From the NCBI GenBank assembly GCA_001821395.1, contig MHLM01000004.1, forward strand, positions 64,001-128,000: 64,000 bases of DNA, written 5' to 3'. A model generated the notes under the pieces. It saw only the letters and a program-made list of their open reading frames with translations. It had not been told where the DNA came from and ran no database searches. Origin of the DNA: Candidatus Lloydbacteria bacterium RIFCSPHIGHO2_02_FULL_50_18. Its GTDB lineage: Bacteria; Patescibacteriota; Minisyncoccia; Phycocordibacterales; UBA6899. Below, in pieces: positions 27,456-36,438 of this stretch (positions are counted from its first letter, which is position 1; each line of letters begins with the position of its first letter). The translations under genes and the position numbers were made by a program.

Positions 27456-27856
27456 ATATCGTTGAACGAGTAAAAAAACTGGATCTTCCCGCGGGGGAAT
27501 ATGTCGTCGTTGGGAGTGGTATTCTTGATGCCCTTCACATACGAGAGGCACAAGATATTGATATTGCAGTAGTGCCGGCATTGCTGGCACGACTCCGTGC
27601 TAAAGGAGGATGGGAAGAGGAGGAGCGCTATGGAAAAGTATTTCTTAAAAAGGGTGATATTGAGATCATTCCTCAGCTTTCTTGGGAAGATTATCCTACA
27701 ACCACTGAAGAAGCTATTGATTCAGCAATGATCATTGAGGGAGTGCCGTTCATGAACTTAGCGGAGTTGTGCAAATTTAAAAAGGCCCTTGGGCGAGAAA
27801 AGGACCAAACGGATATTGCGTTGATCAATGCATATAAAGAAGCGCACGCTTTGTAG
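27452..27856 (+). CDS. Minimal nucleotidyltransferase (MNT/Pol-beta-like)
   Basis: GSG-x12-DIDIAV motif. Overlaps the upstream gene by 4 nt (ATGA). Confidence 0.55.
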   Translation: MNIVERVKKLDLPAGEYVVVGSGILDALHIREAQDIDIAVVPALLARLRAKGGWEEEERYGKVFLKKGDIEIIPQLSWEDYPTTTEEAIDSAMIIEGVPFMNLAELCKFKKALGREKDQTDIALINAYKEAHAL

Positions 27857-27912
27857 GATGGATAGATCCCGCGCGCCCATACAAAAAATTCGAAACTCGC
27901 TATACTGCATTC

Positions 27913-28518
27913 ATGGTGAATATTTTTATTGCGCGGCACGGGCAAGACGTCGACAATCGTAATGGTATCCTGAATGGTCATCGCGACCTGCCGCTCACTG
28001 AAAAGGGAATCGCAGAAGCGCACCAGGTTGCTGATCTCATCAGTGCGGCAAAGTTGCATTTTGATGCAGTCTACACCTCGCCGCTTTTGCGTGCGTCTGA
28101 AACGGCAGCGATCATCACAACGGTACAGGGAGGCCCAATGCCCATAAAAGAAGACCTGCTCATCGAGCGCGACTTTGGCATTATGACCGGGAAAAAGGTC
28201 GCCGATATCTCCATGCTCTGTGCATCGGACATACTCATCACGGATATGGCCACGTACTTTCTCGAGCCGTTCGGTGCGGAAACATTTCCCGATCTCTTAA
28301 AGCGATCACGGCTTCTGCTCGACAAGCTCGAAAAGCTTCATCCGTCCGGGAATATTCTCCTCGTTGCTCATGGTGATATTGGAAAGATGCTTTACGCGGA
28401 ATATTATCATTTGCATTGGGAAGAAGTGCTCATGCAGTTTCATTTCGGCAATTGCGATCTACTCCTTCTCTCCGCAGATTCGCCGGCGAGCGCATCTCAC
28501 GTTTTTCAGATCCGTTAA
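27913..28518 (+). CDS. Histidine phosphatase (phosphoglycerate mutase-like) family protein
   Basis: RHGQ catalytic motif and SPLLRASETA. Confidence 0.75.
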   Translation: MVNIFIARHGQDVDNRNGILNGHRDLPLTEKGIAEAHQVADLISAAKLHFDAVYTSPLLRASETAAIITTVQGGPMPIKEDLLIERDFGIMTGKKVADISMLCASDILITDMATYFLEPFGAETFPDLLKRSRLLLDKLEKLHPSGNILLVAHGDIGKMLYAEYYHLHWEEVLMQFHFGNCDLLLLSADSPASASHVFQIR

Positions 28519-28621
28519 CACGATCATTGATCTCATGCGTTATCTCACGTCCCCCAGTACCCTCGGGGTTCCCTGCGCGACAGAGGTTTTTGGAGTACAG
28601 TGAATTCAAAAAAGGTAATTA

Positions 28622-28647
28622 AAAACCCCGCAGAGAATGCGGGGTGA
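28622..28647 (-). terminator. Terminator for the minus-strand gene 28663..29181
   Basis: CCCCGCA-gagaat-GCGGGG with a T-run on the minus strand. Confidence 0.55.
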
Positions 28648-28662
28648 AATGAACGAGAACGA

Positions 28663-29181
28663 TCACTTGGGAACTACGGCGAAACGCACCTGCTCATGCC
28701 ATCCGAGTACTCCCGCTCCGATGGGGTAGATCATCCGAATGCTGGTCTCTGCTTTGGTTGCCGTGCGCATGAGGATGACCGCAATGTGTCCGTTCTTGTT
28801 AAGCCAAGGAGAGCCGAGTGCGATGATCGGAGGACCACTCTTATTAAGCAATGTCGGATCTGCCGCGATCATTGCAAGTGTCTCATGGAGTGTTGCCGGA
28901 CGGTAACCCATTAGTGCGATCTTCTTCAACGCTTCGTCACCGACCACGTACTGGTCAATCGAAATGAGTTCGACCGCAACCACGATCTTCCCTTTTTCCA
29001 TCCTCGGGAAGTTCTCTTCCTTGACGGCCGGTCCGACATCATCAAACCTTGCGTTCGTGATCATCTGTCGAAGTGACTGGCTGTAGTCAACAGTGACCGT
29101 GTATCTTTCTGCGAATGCCGGGGATATCGGCAAGAAGCAGAGCAAAGATACGAATACGCTGGCAAGCATACGCTGGAACAT
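28663..29181 (-). CDS. Secreted hypothetical protein
   Basis: Signal peptide MFQRMLASVFVSLLCFLPISPAFA. Confidence 0.45.
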   Translation of the reverse strand: MFQRMLASVFVSLLCFLPISPAFAERYTVTVDYSQSLRQMITNARFDDVGPAVKEENFPRMEKGKIVVAVELISIDQYVVGDEALKKIALMGYRPATLHETLAMIAADPTLLNKSGPPIIALGSPWLNKNGHIAVILMRTATKAETSIRMIYPIGAGVLGWHEQVRFAVVPK

Positions 29182-29644
29182 AACAGATCTCCTTAATGGT
29201 GAACAACGTTGAACTCTGCCCCATTGTTTATCACCTCTCTATTCCCGTGTCAAACGTTATGGCAAAATAAGCCGTACGATGTCCGGATAAATGAATGACG
29301 CTTTACGAGTAAATTATTGGCGCGTACCATTGTCTCTATGTTATCATCATTTTTGTCGTGGGGGGGGGCTCGATGGCGACGCAAAGATCGCTCAGTGGAA
29401 AAAACAGGTGGAAGGATTTATGCCTATCATTTCCGGCGCACGCATGGAAGAGGATTATCTCAATTTTGCTTTTCTGCAAAAAATCAGCACTCCCGCATCG
29501 GGAAAAGCATCTGCATAGCGGTTTCGGTCGGTATGTACTCGGTCATTTTAGTTGCATAATGAGTGCGCGCAAGTGCCTTCTTGCTTGGAATTGGCCGAAT
29601 GGGGTGGTACAGTTAACCCGTAGTTAATTACATAATAAAAAGAT

Positions 29645-29980
29645 ATGGCAGCAAAAAAAGTAGCAGCAAAAAAGGCAGTCGCTAAAAAAGCAGTAGCAAA
29701 AAAGGCGGTCGCAAAGAAACCTGCAGCAAAAAAGGTCAATTCCGCATTTATGAAACCAATGACGATCAGCGCCGAGCTTGCTCTTGTCGTCGGAAAAGGT
29801 CCGATGCCTCGTTCAGAGGTCGTGAAGAAGCTCTGGGTTTATATCAAGAAGCATGATCTTCAGGATGCAAAAAATAAGCGCAATATCAACGGCGATGCGG
29901 CATTGGTTGCGGTATTCGGCGGAAAGAAGACCGTCAACATGTTTGAAATGACGAAGCTTGTGTCGAAACATCTTTCATAA
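29645..29980 (+). CDS. SWIB/MDM2-domain protein with an N-terminal Lys/Ala-rich histone-H1-like tail
   Basis: AAKKAVAKK repeats followed by ...ELALVVGKGPMPRSEVVKKLWVYIKKHDLQDAKNKRNINGD...MFEMTKLVSKHL. Confidence 0.75.
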   Translation: MAAKKVAAKKAVAKKAVAKKAVAKKPAAKKVNSAFMKPMTISAELALVVGKGPMPRSEVVKKLWVYIKKHDLQDAKNKRNINGDAALVAVFGGKKTVNMFEMTKLVSKHLS

Positions 29981-30002
29981 GACAAACTTAAGTATGAGCA
30001 AA

Positions 30003-30040
30003 AGCCCGCAATGTCTGCCTCTGCAGACAGGCGGGCTTTT
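30003..30040 (+). terminator. Compound hairpin terminator after the SWIB gene
   Basis: GCCCGC..GTCTGCctcTGCAGAC..GCGGGC followed by TTTTGTGTTT. Confidence 0.55.
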
Positions 30041-30080
30041 GTGTTTCTTGTGCGCAGTTCTGTTATAATTTGCGCATTCT

Positions 30081-30398
30081 ATGACTATATTTACTGAGCG
30101 CGTGATAAGGGCGGCACTTTCGATACCGAGGGGGAGGGTGACCACGTATGGCCGTATTGCCCGTGCTGCGGGAGGTGGCGGCATGTCGGCGCGTAGTGTG
30201 ACGGGGATACTCGGAAAAGCCTATGATGCGGGTGAGACACGAATACCTTTCCACCGTATTATTTACGCCGACGGAAAGGTCTGGGTGGATGATGCGCATC
30301 GGGCAAAACGCATGAAACTTTATAAAGAGGAGGGGGTCATGCTCGACAAGGGTGACCGAGTGAAAAATTTCGCCGACATTGTCTTTGATTTTAAATAA
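30081..30398 (+). CDS. Alkyltransferase-like protein (MGMT DNA-binding fold; the active-site Cys is replaced)
   Basis: VTTYGRIA...IPFHRII. PFHR replaces the catalytic PCHR. Confidence 0.65.
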   Translation: MTIFTERVIRAALSIPRGRVTTYGRIARAAGGGGMSARSVTGILGKAYDAGETRIPFHRIIYADGKVWVDDAHRAKRMKLYKEEGVMLDKGDRVKNFADIVFDFK

Positions 30399-30407
30399 CA
30401 GAAGCAG

Positions 30408-31112
30408 ATGCAAACAGCGTTACATATTGAACGTGCATTGAAGAAGGTGGGCACCGCAAAGAGGGCCGCTTCTTCTGCGAGGTTTTTTAAAACAGGAAAA
30501 GGAGAGTATGGTCAGGGTGACATATTTGTCGGGGTCACCGTACCCGAACAGCGCAAGCTCGCGAAGGAGTACGCAACGCTTCCGCAGGGTGAGATCGCCA
30601 AACTCCTGAAGCGTCGCATCCATGAATGCCGATTGACCGCACTCATCTTATTGATCGGACAGTACAAGAGTGGGGATGAGGCTGCGCGCACGAAGATCGC
30701 GAGGTTTTATCTCGCCCGCACGAAGTACGTCAACAGCTGGGATCTGGTCGATGTATCTGCGGGTGCAATTCTTGGTACGCACTTACTCACGCGTGATCGC
30801 AGGATCCTTTATCGTCTTGCGCGTTCAAAGAACATCTGGGAACGTCGGATCGCCATCATCGCAACACTCGCGTTCATCAAAGCGGGTGACGTTCATGACA
30901 CACTCCTGCTTGCTGAACTCTTACTCGCGGATACGCACGACCTCATGCACAAGGCGGTCGGCTGGATGCTCCGTGAGGTGGGCAAGCAGGCTCGTCCCGC
31001 GTTGGTCTGTTTCTTGAAAATCAATGCGGCGCATATGCCTCGCACCGCTTTGCGCTACGCAATCGAGCATTTCGGTGAAGCGGAGCGTAAGAAATTTTTA
31101 CGTGCAACATAA
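30408..31112 (+). CDS. DNA alkylation repair enzyme (AlkD/AlkC-like HEAT-repeat glycosylase family)
   Basis: Length and pattern typical of PF08713 (ARFFKTG...NSWDLVD...WMLRE). Confidence 0.7.
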   Translation: MQTALHIERALKKVGTAKRAASSARFFKTGKGEYGQGDIFVGVTVPEQRKLAKEYATLPQGEIAKLLKRRIHECRLTALILLIGQYKSGDEAARTKIARFYLARTKYVNSWDLVDVSAGAILGTHLLTRDRRILYRLARSKNIWERRIAIIATLAFIKAGDVHDTLLLAELLLADTHDLMHKAVGWMLREVGKQARPALVCFLKINAAHMPRTALRYAIEHFGEAERKKFLRAT

Positions 31113-31252
31113 AGCTTTGAAAGTGGTCGCTATCGTTGGGGTTTGCCTTTGTGGTGTGGGTTACGTTATTATGTGATGGCTCGGCTACGACGTAGCCTGA
31201 TCAAAGAGCTACGATAAGAGATTGTCTCTATTTAATAATTTCATTTGCATAT

Positions 31253-31942
31253 ATGGAGCAGCAGCACGAACACGAGGTTGAGGAGAGAATAGAAGCAGAG
31301 GTACCCGCATCTGTTTCGGACAATGAGCCGAAGGAGGCTGTATCGAAAGGAAAAGGAGAGTTTATGATTAGCAAGAAGATGATTCTCATGGTTGCGGTCG
31401 TCGTCCTCATCGCGTTGGTTGCATATTACTATCGCGGAGTGTTCGTCGCGGCGACGGTGAATGGTAGTCCGATCAGTCGTCTCGAAGTCATCCGTGCGCT
31501 TGAAAAGGCTTCCGGAAAACAGGTGCTTGAATCGCTCATTGTTCAGAGGGTACTTGTTGCTGAGGCAAAGTCGCTTGGCGTCACGGTGACGAGTGATGAA
31601 ATACAGGCGGAAATTGCGCGGATCGAAAAACAGGTCGGCGCGCAAGGTGGAACACTTGAAGACGCGCTTGCCGCACAAGGGCTCTCGCTTGCTGATTTTA
31701 CCAAGCAGGTGGTCATGCAGATCCAGGTGGAAAAGATGCTCGGCGAGAAGGTTGCCGTCACCCCGGCTGAAGTTGATGCGTATATTGAGACAAGTAAACT
31801 GAAGATCCCCGAGGAGCAGATGGAGCTCGCACGAACATCCATTGCCGACCAGTTAAAGCGGGACAAGATGAACAAAGAAGGACAGGCATTTGTCGATTCA
31901 TTGCGCACAAAAGCGAAGGTTTCTCTATTTGTCCAGTACTAA
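31253..31942 (+). CDS. SurA N-terminal domain chaperone-like protein
   Basis: TM anchor followed by a SurA_N-like helical domain. An alternative start is at 31364 (AAAGGAGAG ribosome-binding site). Confidence 0.45.
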   Translation: MEQQHEHEVEERIEAEVPASVSDNEPKEAVSKGKGEFMISKKMILMVAVVVLIALVAYYYRGVFVAATVNGSPISRLEVIRALEKASGKQVLESLIVQRVLVAEAKSLGVTVTSDEIQAEIARIEKQVGAQGGTLEDALAAQGLSLADFTKQVVMQIQVEKMLGEKVAVTPAEVDAYIETSKLKIPEEQMELARTSIADQLKRDKMNKEGQAFVDSLRTKAKVSLFVQY

Positions 31943-31974
31943 ACAGCTCGTGCCGCTTCTGTCGGCACAATGCA

Positions 31975-32250
31975 ATGCAATATTCTGTCTATATCCTTCG
32001 CTGTGTCGACGATACGCTCTATACGGGGATAACAAATGATCTTCCCCGGCGCCTGCTCGACCATCAAAGTGGAAAGGGCGGAAAATACACTCGTGCGCAC
32101 CCCGGTCTCGCCATGGTCTATCATGAAATGGCGGGGAAAAGGGGTAGCGCGTTACGTCGTGAGGCGGCCATCAAGAAGATGACAAGACGAGAAAAGCTTC
32201 TCTTGATCGCTGCCTCAGTCGATGTTTCTTCAAAACACTTATTAACATAA
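31975..32250 (+). CDS. GIY-YIG nuclease family protein
   Basis: VYILRC..LYTGIT.DL.RRL..H motif. 91 aa. Confidence 0.8.
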   Translation: MQYSVYILRCVDDTLYTGITNDLPRRLLDHQSGKGGKYTRAHPGLAMVYHEMAGKRGSALRREAAIKKMTRREKLLLIAASVDVSSKHLLT

Positions 32251-32368
32251 GTGTTTTGTTTGTCTTGTGACGATGCATCATGTACTTCCGGTCTAGGCGA
32301 GCAATCATAGCAGTCGTGAGTTTGCTTGCGGTATCTTTTTTTGCATATTTTTGCTAAGCTCCCATTCT

Positions 32369-33820
32369 ATGGCAGCCAATGATGTGATCATCCGTTTTGA
32401 GGATGTGTCGTTCGAATACGGCCACAATAAACCCATTCTAAAAGAGGTGAGTTTTTCGGTGCGTACCGGAGCGAAAGTTGCGATCATGGGTCAGAATGGA
32501 GCCGGGAAAAGTACGCTGTTTAGCCTTTTAACGGGAGAACGGAAGCCCGATGATGGTGCTATCCATGTCACGCGAGGCGCTTCTATCGCTATTGGAAAGC
32601 AGGTGATACCCCGCGATGAGCTTGAACTCACCGTGAAGGCATTTTTTGAGCACTGCTTCAAACAGAAAGTATATGATATTGATCCGAAGATCGTGAAAGT
32701 GCTTGAAGTGGTGCACTTGAATGCTCCGTTTGATCGTATCGTGAAGTCATTTTCAGGCGGTCAGCAGGCAAGACTGCTTTTGGCTGCGGCGCTTATTCAG
32801 GATCCCGACATCCTGCTCCTCGATGAACCGACGAATAATCTCGACAAAGCGGGTATCGCGCATCTTACCGAATTTCTTGTCGCATCGCATAAGACATGCA
32901 TCGTTATCTCCCACGATGCGGAGTTCCTTAATGCGTTTACCGATGGCGTCCTCTATTTGGATGTGCATACGCACGTGATCGAGCAGTATGCGGGGAATTA
33001 TAATGACGTGTTGAAGGATATTACCGCGCGCATTGAGCGAGAGAACAGAAAGAACGCGCAGCTCGCAAAGTCGATCCAAGAGAATAAAGACAAGGTGAAC
33101 TTTTTTGCTCAGAAGGGTTCGAAGATGCGTCTCGTAGCAAAGCGTTTCCGCGATAAGATCGAAGAAATGGAGGAGGAAAAGGTCGATGTGCGCCGCGAGG
33201 ATAAAGCAATTCGACCTTTTGTGATCCCGGTCCAAGAAGAAATTTCCAGTGACATACTCACGCTCTCATCGGTGAAGGTGATTATGAATCACAAGCCAAA
33301 AGACAAAAGCGTCCATATCGCCGTGCGGAAAGGTAAGCATCTCTTACTTACGGGTCCGAACGGCATCGGGAAGTCGACGCTCCTTGAGTCGATCGCGCAT
33401 GGGACAGCGAAGGGGATGACGCTGCAAAAAGGAGTGCATATCGGGTACTATCGCCAGGATTTTTCGACGCTCAATTTTGATCACACCGTCTACGACGAAT
33501 TGAAGGCGGTGCTTCCGCGCGAGGATGAGGAGAAGATTCGTTCGACCGCAGCCTCCTTCATGATTACTGGGGCGATGGTGTATACGAAGATTGGTAATCT
33601 TTCCGAGGGGCAAAAAGGACTCGTAGCATTCGCTCGACTTGTGCTTGAGCGCCCCGGACTCCTCATTCTTGATGAGCCAACCAATCACATCAATTTTCGT
33701 CATATTCCTGTTATCGCAAAGGCACTCGACCAATATCAGGGTGCAATGATCCTTGTCTCGCACGTTCCTGAATTCGTGAAACAGATACGCATCGATGAGA
33801 CGCTCGAGCTTGATAAATAG
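32369..33820 (+). CDS. ABC-F family ATPase (two fused NBDs, no TM domain)
   Basis: Two Walker A motifs (GQNGAGKST and GPNGIGKST) and two LSGGQ-type signatures. The start is ambiguous (32351 or 32369). Confidence 0.8.
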   Translation: MAANDVIIRFEDVSFEYGHNKPILKEVSFSVRTGAKVAIMGQNGAGKSTLFSLLTGERKPDDGAIHVTRGASIAIGKQVIPRDELELTVKAFFEHCFKQKVYDIDPKIVKVLEVVHLNAPFDRIVKSFSGGQQARLLLAAALIQDPDILLLDEPTNNLDKAGIAHLTEFLVASHKTCIVISHDAEFLNAFTDGVLYLDVHTHVIEQYAGNYNDVLKDITARIERENRKNAQLAKSIQENKDKVNFFAQKGSKMRLVAKRFRDKIEEMEEEKVDVRREDKAIRPFVIPVQEEISSDILTLSSVKVIMNHKPKDKSVHIAVRKGKHLLLTGPNGIGKSTLLESIAHGTAKGMTLQKGVHIGYYRQDFSTLNFDHTVYDELKAVLPREDEEKIRSTAASFMITGAMVYTKIGNLSEGQKGLVAFARLVLERPGLLILDEPTNHINFRHIPVIAKALDQYQGAMILVSHVPEFVKQIRIDETLELDK

Positions 33821-33827
33821 GCCGCTC

Positions 33828-33921
33828 GGCATTGCCTTTTGAGGGCACGCATAAAATTCTGCTGAATTTTTGCTCAGACTCCGCGCCGTCGCGCTCCGTA
33901 GCCCCTCAAAAAGCAATGCCT
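33828..33921. repeat. 19-bp perfect inverted repeat GGCATTGCCTTTTGAGGGC/GCCCTCAAAAGGCAATGCC separated by 56 nt
   Basis: Seen directly in the sequence, downstream of the ABC-F stop codon. Confidence 0.6.
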
Positions 33922-34056
33922 CGCTACAGAGGGGTCACGTTTGGGTCTCCTGAGTTTTTTCAAAAGAAGAAGATCCTCGACAGAGAGGGAAAAGGCTCTA
34001 AATATAGCAAAAGAATACGTTCTTTGCTGTGCGGCAAAAAATGATAAAATAACGTT

Positions 34057-34785
34057 ATGCTTACGGTAACACATATAGTAAAGAAGTTTGACGACATTGC
34101 AGCCGTCAATGATGTGAGTTTCAGTATCGCGCCGGGTGAGATCTTCTCGTTGATCGGTCCCAATAGTTCCGGAAAGACCACGATCGTGAAATCGATCGCA
34201 GGACTTTTGCAGGTGAATGGAGGAACGATCTGGGTTGACGGACATGACGTCGCAGTAAGTCCGAAAGAGGCAAAAGCAGTGATCGGTTACATCCCCGATG
34301 AACCGTCGGTCTGGGGGAGTATGACCGGAGAAGAATTTCTTCATTTTGTCGGAGCGCTCTACGGCATGAGTCCGTCGCAGCGCGTGGCAAAGATTAACGA
34401 GCTTCTCCCGCTCTTCAGCGTTACGGGTACCGAGAAGGATCAATTCCAAAATTATTCACGCGGTAACAAACAAAAATTCAGCATCCTCGCCGCACTTCTC
34501 CATGAGCCGAAACTTCTTTTGGTTGATGAACCCATCGTCGGTCTTGATCCCGAGAGTGCTGCGATTGCAAAGAAATTGTTCCGTGAGTTCGCGAAGCGAG
34601 GCGGTGCGGTCCTTTTGGTGACCCATACCCTTCCGGTGGCAGAGGAAATATCGACACGGATCGGAGTTCTGAAAGACGGGGCGCTTCTCTCGGTGGGCAC
34701 CTTCGACGAACTACGTGAGCGCGCACAGGGAGAGGTCGGCGCGACGCTTGAACAAGTCTACACTGCGCTTACCAAAGTCCGCTGA
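34057..34785 (+). CDS. ABC transporter ATP-binding protein
   Basis: GPNSSGKTT Walker A, LSRGNKQK signature and LLLVDEP Walker B. Confidence 0.85.
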   Translation: MLTVTHIVKKFDDIAAVNDVSFSIAPGEIFSLIGPNSSGKTTIVKSIAGLLQVNGGTIWVDGHDVAVSPKEAKAVIGYIPDEPSVWGSMTGEEFLHFVGALYGMSPSQRVAKINELLPLFSVTGTEKDQFQNYSRGNKQKFSILAALLHEPKLLLVDEPIVGLDPESAAIAKKLFREFAKRGGAVLLVTHTLPVAEEISTRIGVLKDGALLSVGTFDELRERAQGEVGATLEQVYTALTKVR

Positions 34786-34788
34786 TCT

Positions 34789-36432
34789 ATGTTTTCTTTT
34801 CTTGCTACATACTATCGCAAAGGCATCATTCGTTATTTTGAGCGCAATACGCTGGCTAAATCGCTGACGCTCACCGCATTCCTTGTTGTGCTTGGCGCGT
34901 TTGCCGCTCTTGTGCATGAAGGGTTCTATTACGGTTTTCTCTATATCACTCGTGATGCGTTCTTTGGTGAGGCGGTCTCCATCTACATCATCGAACTGTT
35001 CTTGCTTATTTCTTCCTTCCTTACATTTTCCAGTGCACTTGTCTCGGGAGTTGTATCACTCTACCGTGATGACGACGCCGGACTGGTGCTGTCTTCGCCC
35101 TCATATACGCTTAAGCCGAAGATCGTGCTTGTGCGGATGTTCTTCTCCTCGCTTTGGCCGCTCCTGGTGGTTATCGTCCCGGCACTCCTTGCGATCATGA
35201 GGGTATTTCCTCTTGGCGTGATGGGATTCGTTGCCGCACTTTTTGCCGCGGTATTTCTCGTTTTCATTGCCGTGCAGGCCGCCTTGCTGGTCATTTATTT
35301 TATTGCAGCGATACTTGCATCGCTTGCCATCTTTTCTCGTTTGAGCGTGATGCTTTCTACCACTCTGCTTTTTCTCTGTTCAACACTACTTATTGCCAAC
35401 CAATTCCGCTCTATCGACCTTGTCGATTTTTTTCAGGCTCGACTCTTGTCCAAAGACGTTCCCGATCTCGCTCCGATTCTGGAACAGTTCAATCTTTTTC
35501 CTTCACATGCGGTAACGATGATCGTCTATTATTCGGAACAGGGAATGGTCGCATCAGTGCTCTTGTCGCTTGGCGCGCTCGCATTGCTTTCGGCATTTCT
35601 TTTTACCGTGTTCATGTTCACCATCAAGCGTCATCTTCCGTATTGGCAGATCGCTCAGGAGCACGAGGGGGCGGGAAAGCATACGCGAAGCGGATTCCGC
35701 GGTGCAACGCTGCTTATGAATGCTGATCGTCCCCTACGCGCATTGCTTGCTAAAGAATTCATTCTTTTCGTTCGTAACGTTCGAGGAATGCTTTGGCTCG
35801 CTTTCATCCTCGTTGTGTGGGGGATCCAGAGTGCTTCGAGCTTTTTGCTGACGCATGGACTGGGGGATGAGCGGGTGAGCGGCGTTGCGCTACCGGGAAT
35901 GGCGATGGCGTTTCAGTTCGCGCTCATCACCTACTTTGTCTCAATGTTTGCGTTGCGCTTCGCCTTCCCGTCGTTCTCTGAAGAAAGAAAGTCCGGTTGG
36001 GTAGTAGCAAGCACCCCGCTCCGTCGAACGTCGGTCTTTCGTTCAAAATTGTATTTTTTCAGCGTGCTATTTTCTGCGCTCGCAATACTTTTTACACTGC
36101 TGAATGCATCTATCGTCGGCATAACCGGAGCGATGTTGCTGTTCCTTCTCTTGTTCGTGACCATCACCGTGGTGACGATCACGACCTATGCGCTCGCTCT
36201 TGGTGCGCTCTTTCCAAATACGGAAACTGACGACCCTGAGGTGCTTTCCACGACGCTGCCGGGACTTATGTTCATTGCCGTGTCGGTCTTTTACGGCATT
36301 GCAGGAGCCCTGGCATTTCGCGGTTATTTTGCAAGTGGAGCGATCGCATCCGTTCTCCTGTACGTGACATTTTCTATTGTGACGGTTCTCTTGTTTTTCT
36401 TGGTTACAAAAAAGAGTTTGGAGCGGAAGTAG
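34789..36432 (+). CDS. ABC transporter permease (large polytopic membrane protein)
   Basis: 547 aa and highly hydrophobic. Lies directly downstream of the ABC ATPase. Confidence 0.55.
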   Translation: MFSFLATYYRKGIIRYFERNTLAKSLTLTAFLVVLGAFAALVHEGFYYGFLYITRDAFFGEAVSIYIIELFLLISSFLTFSSALVSGVVSLYRDDDAGLVLSSPSYTLKPKIVLVRMFFSSLWPLLVVIVPALLAIMRVFPLGVMGFVAALFAAVFLVFIAVQAALLVIYFIAAILASLAIFSRLSVMLSTTLLFLCSTLLIANQFRSIDLVDFFQARLLSKDVPDLAPILEQFNLFPSHAVTMIVYYSEQGMVASVLLSLGALALLSAFLFTVFMFTIKRHLPYWQIAQEHEGAGKHTRSGFRGATLLMNADRPLRALLAKEFILFVRNVRGMLWLAFILVVWGIQSASSFLLTHGLGDERVSGVALPGMAMAFQFALITYFVSMFALRFAFPSFSEERKSGWVVASTPLRRTSVFRSKLYFFSVLFSALAILFTLLNASIVGITGAMLLFLLLFVTITVVTITTYALALGALFPNTETDDPEVLSTTLPGLMFIAVSVFYGIAGALAFRGYFASGAIASVLLYVTFSIVTVLLFFLVTKKSLERK

Positions 36433-36438
36433 TGAGCA

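Noticed and set aside
33344-34449. Minus-strand ORFs 33344..33916 and 33874..34449.
   Set aside because: They overlap the ABC-F and ABC ATPase genes, which have clear Walker motifs. The second also runs through the 19-bp inverted repeat.
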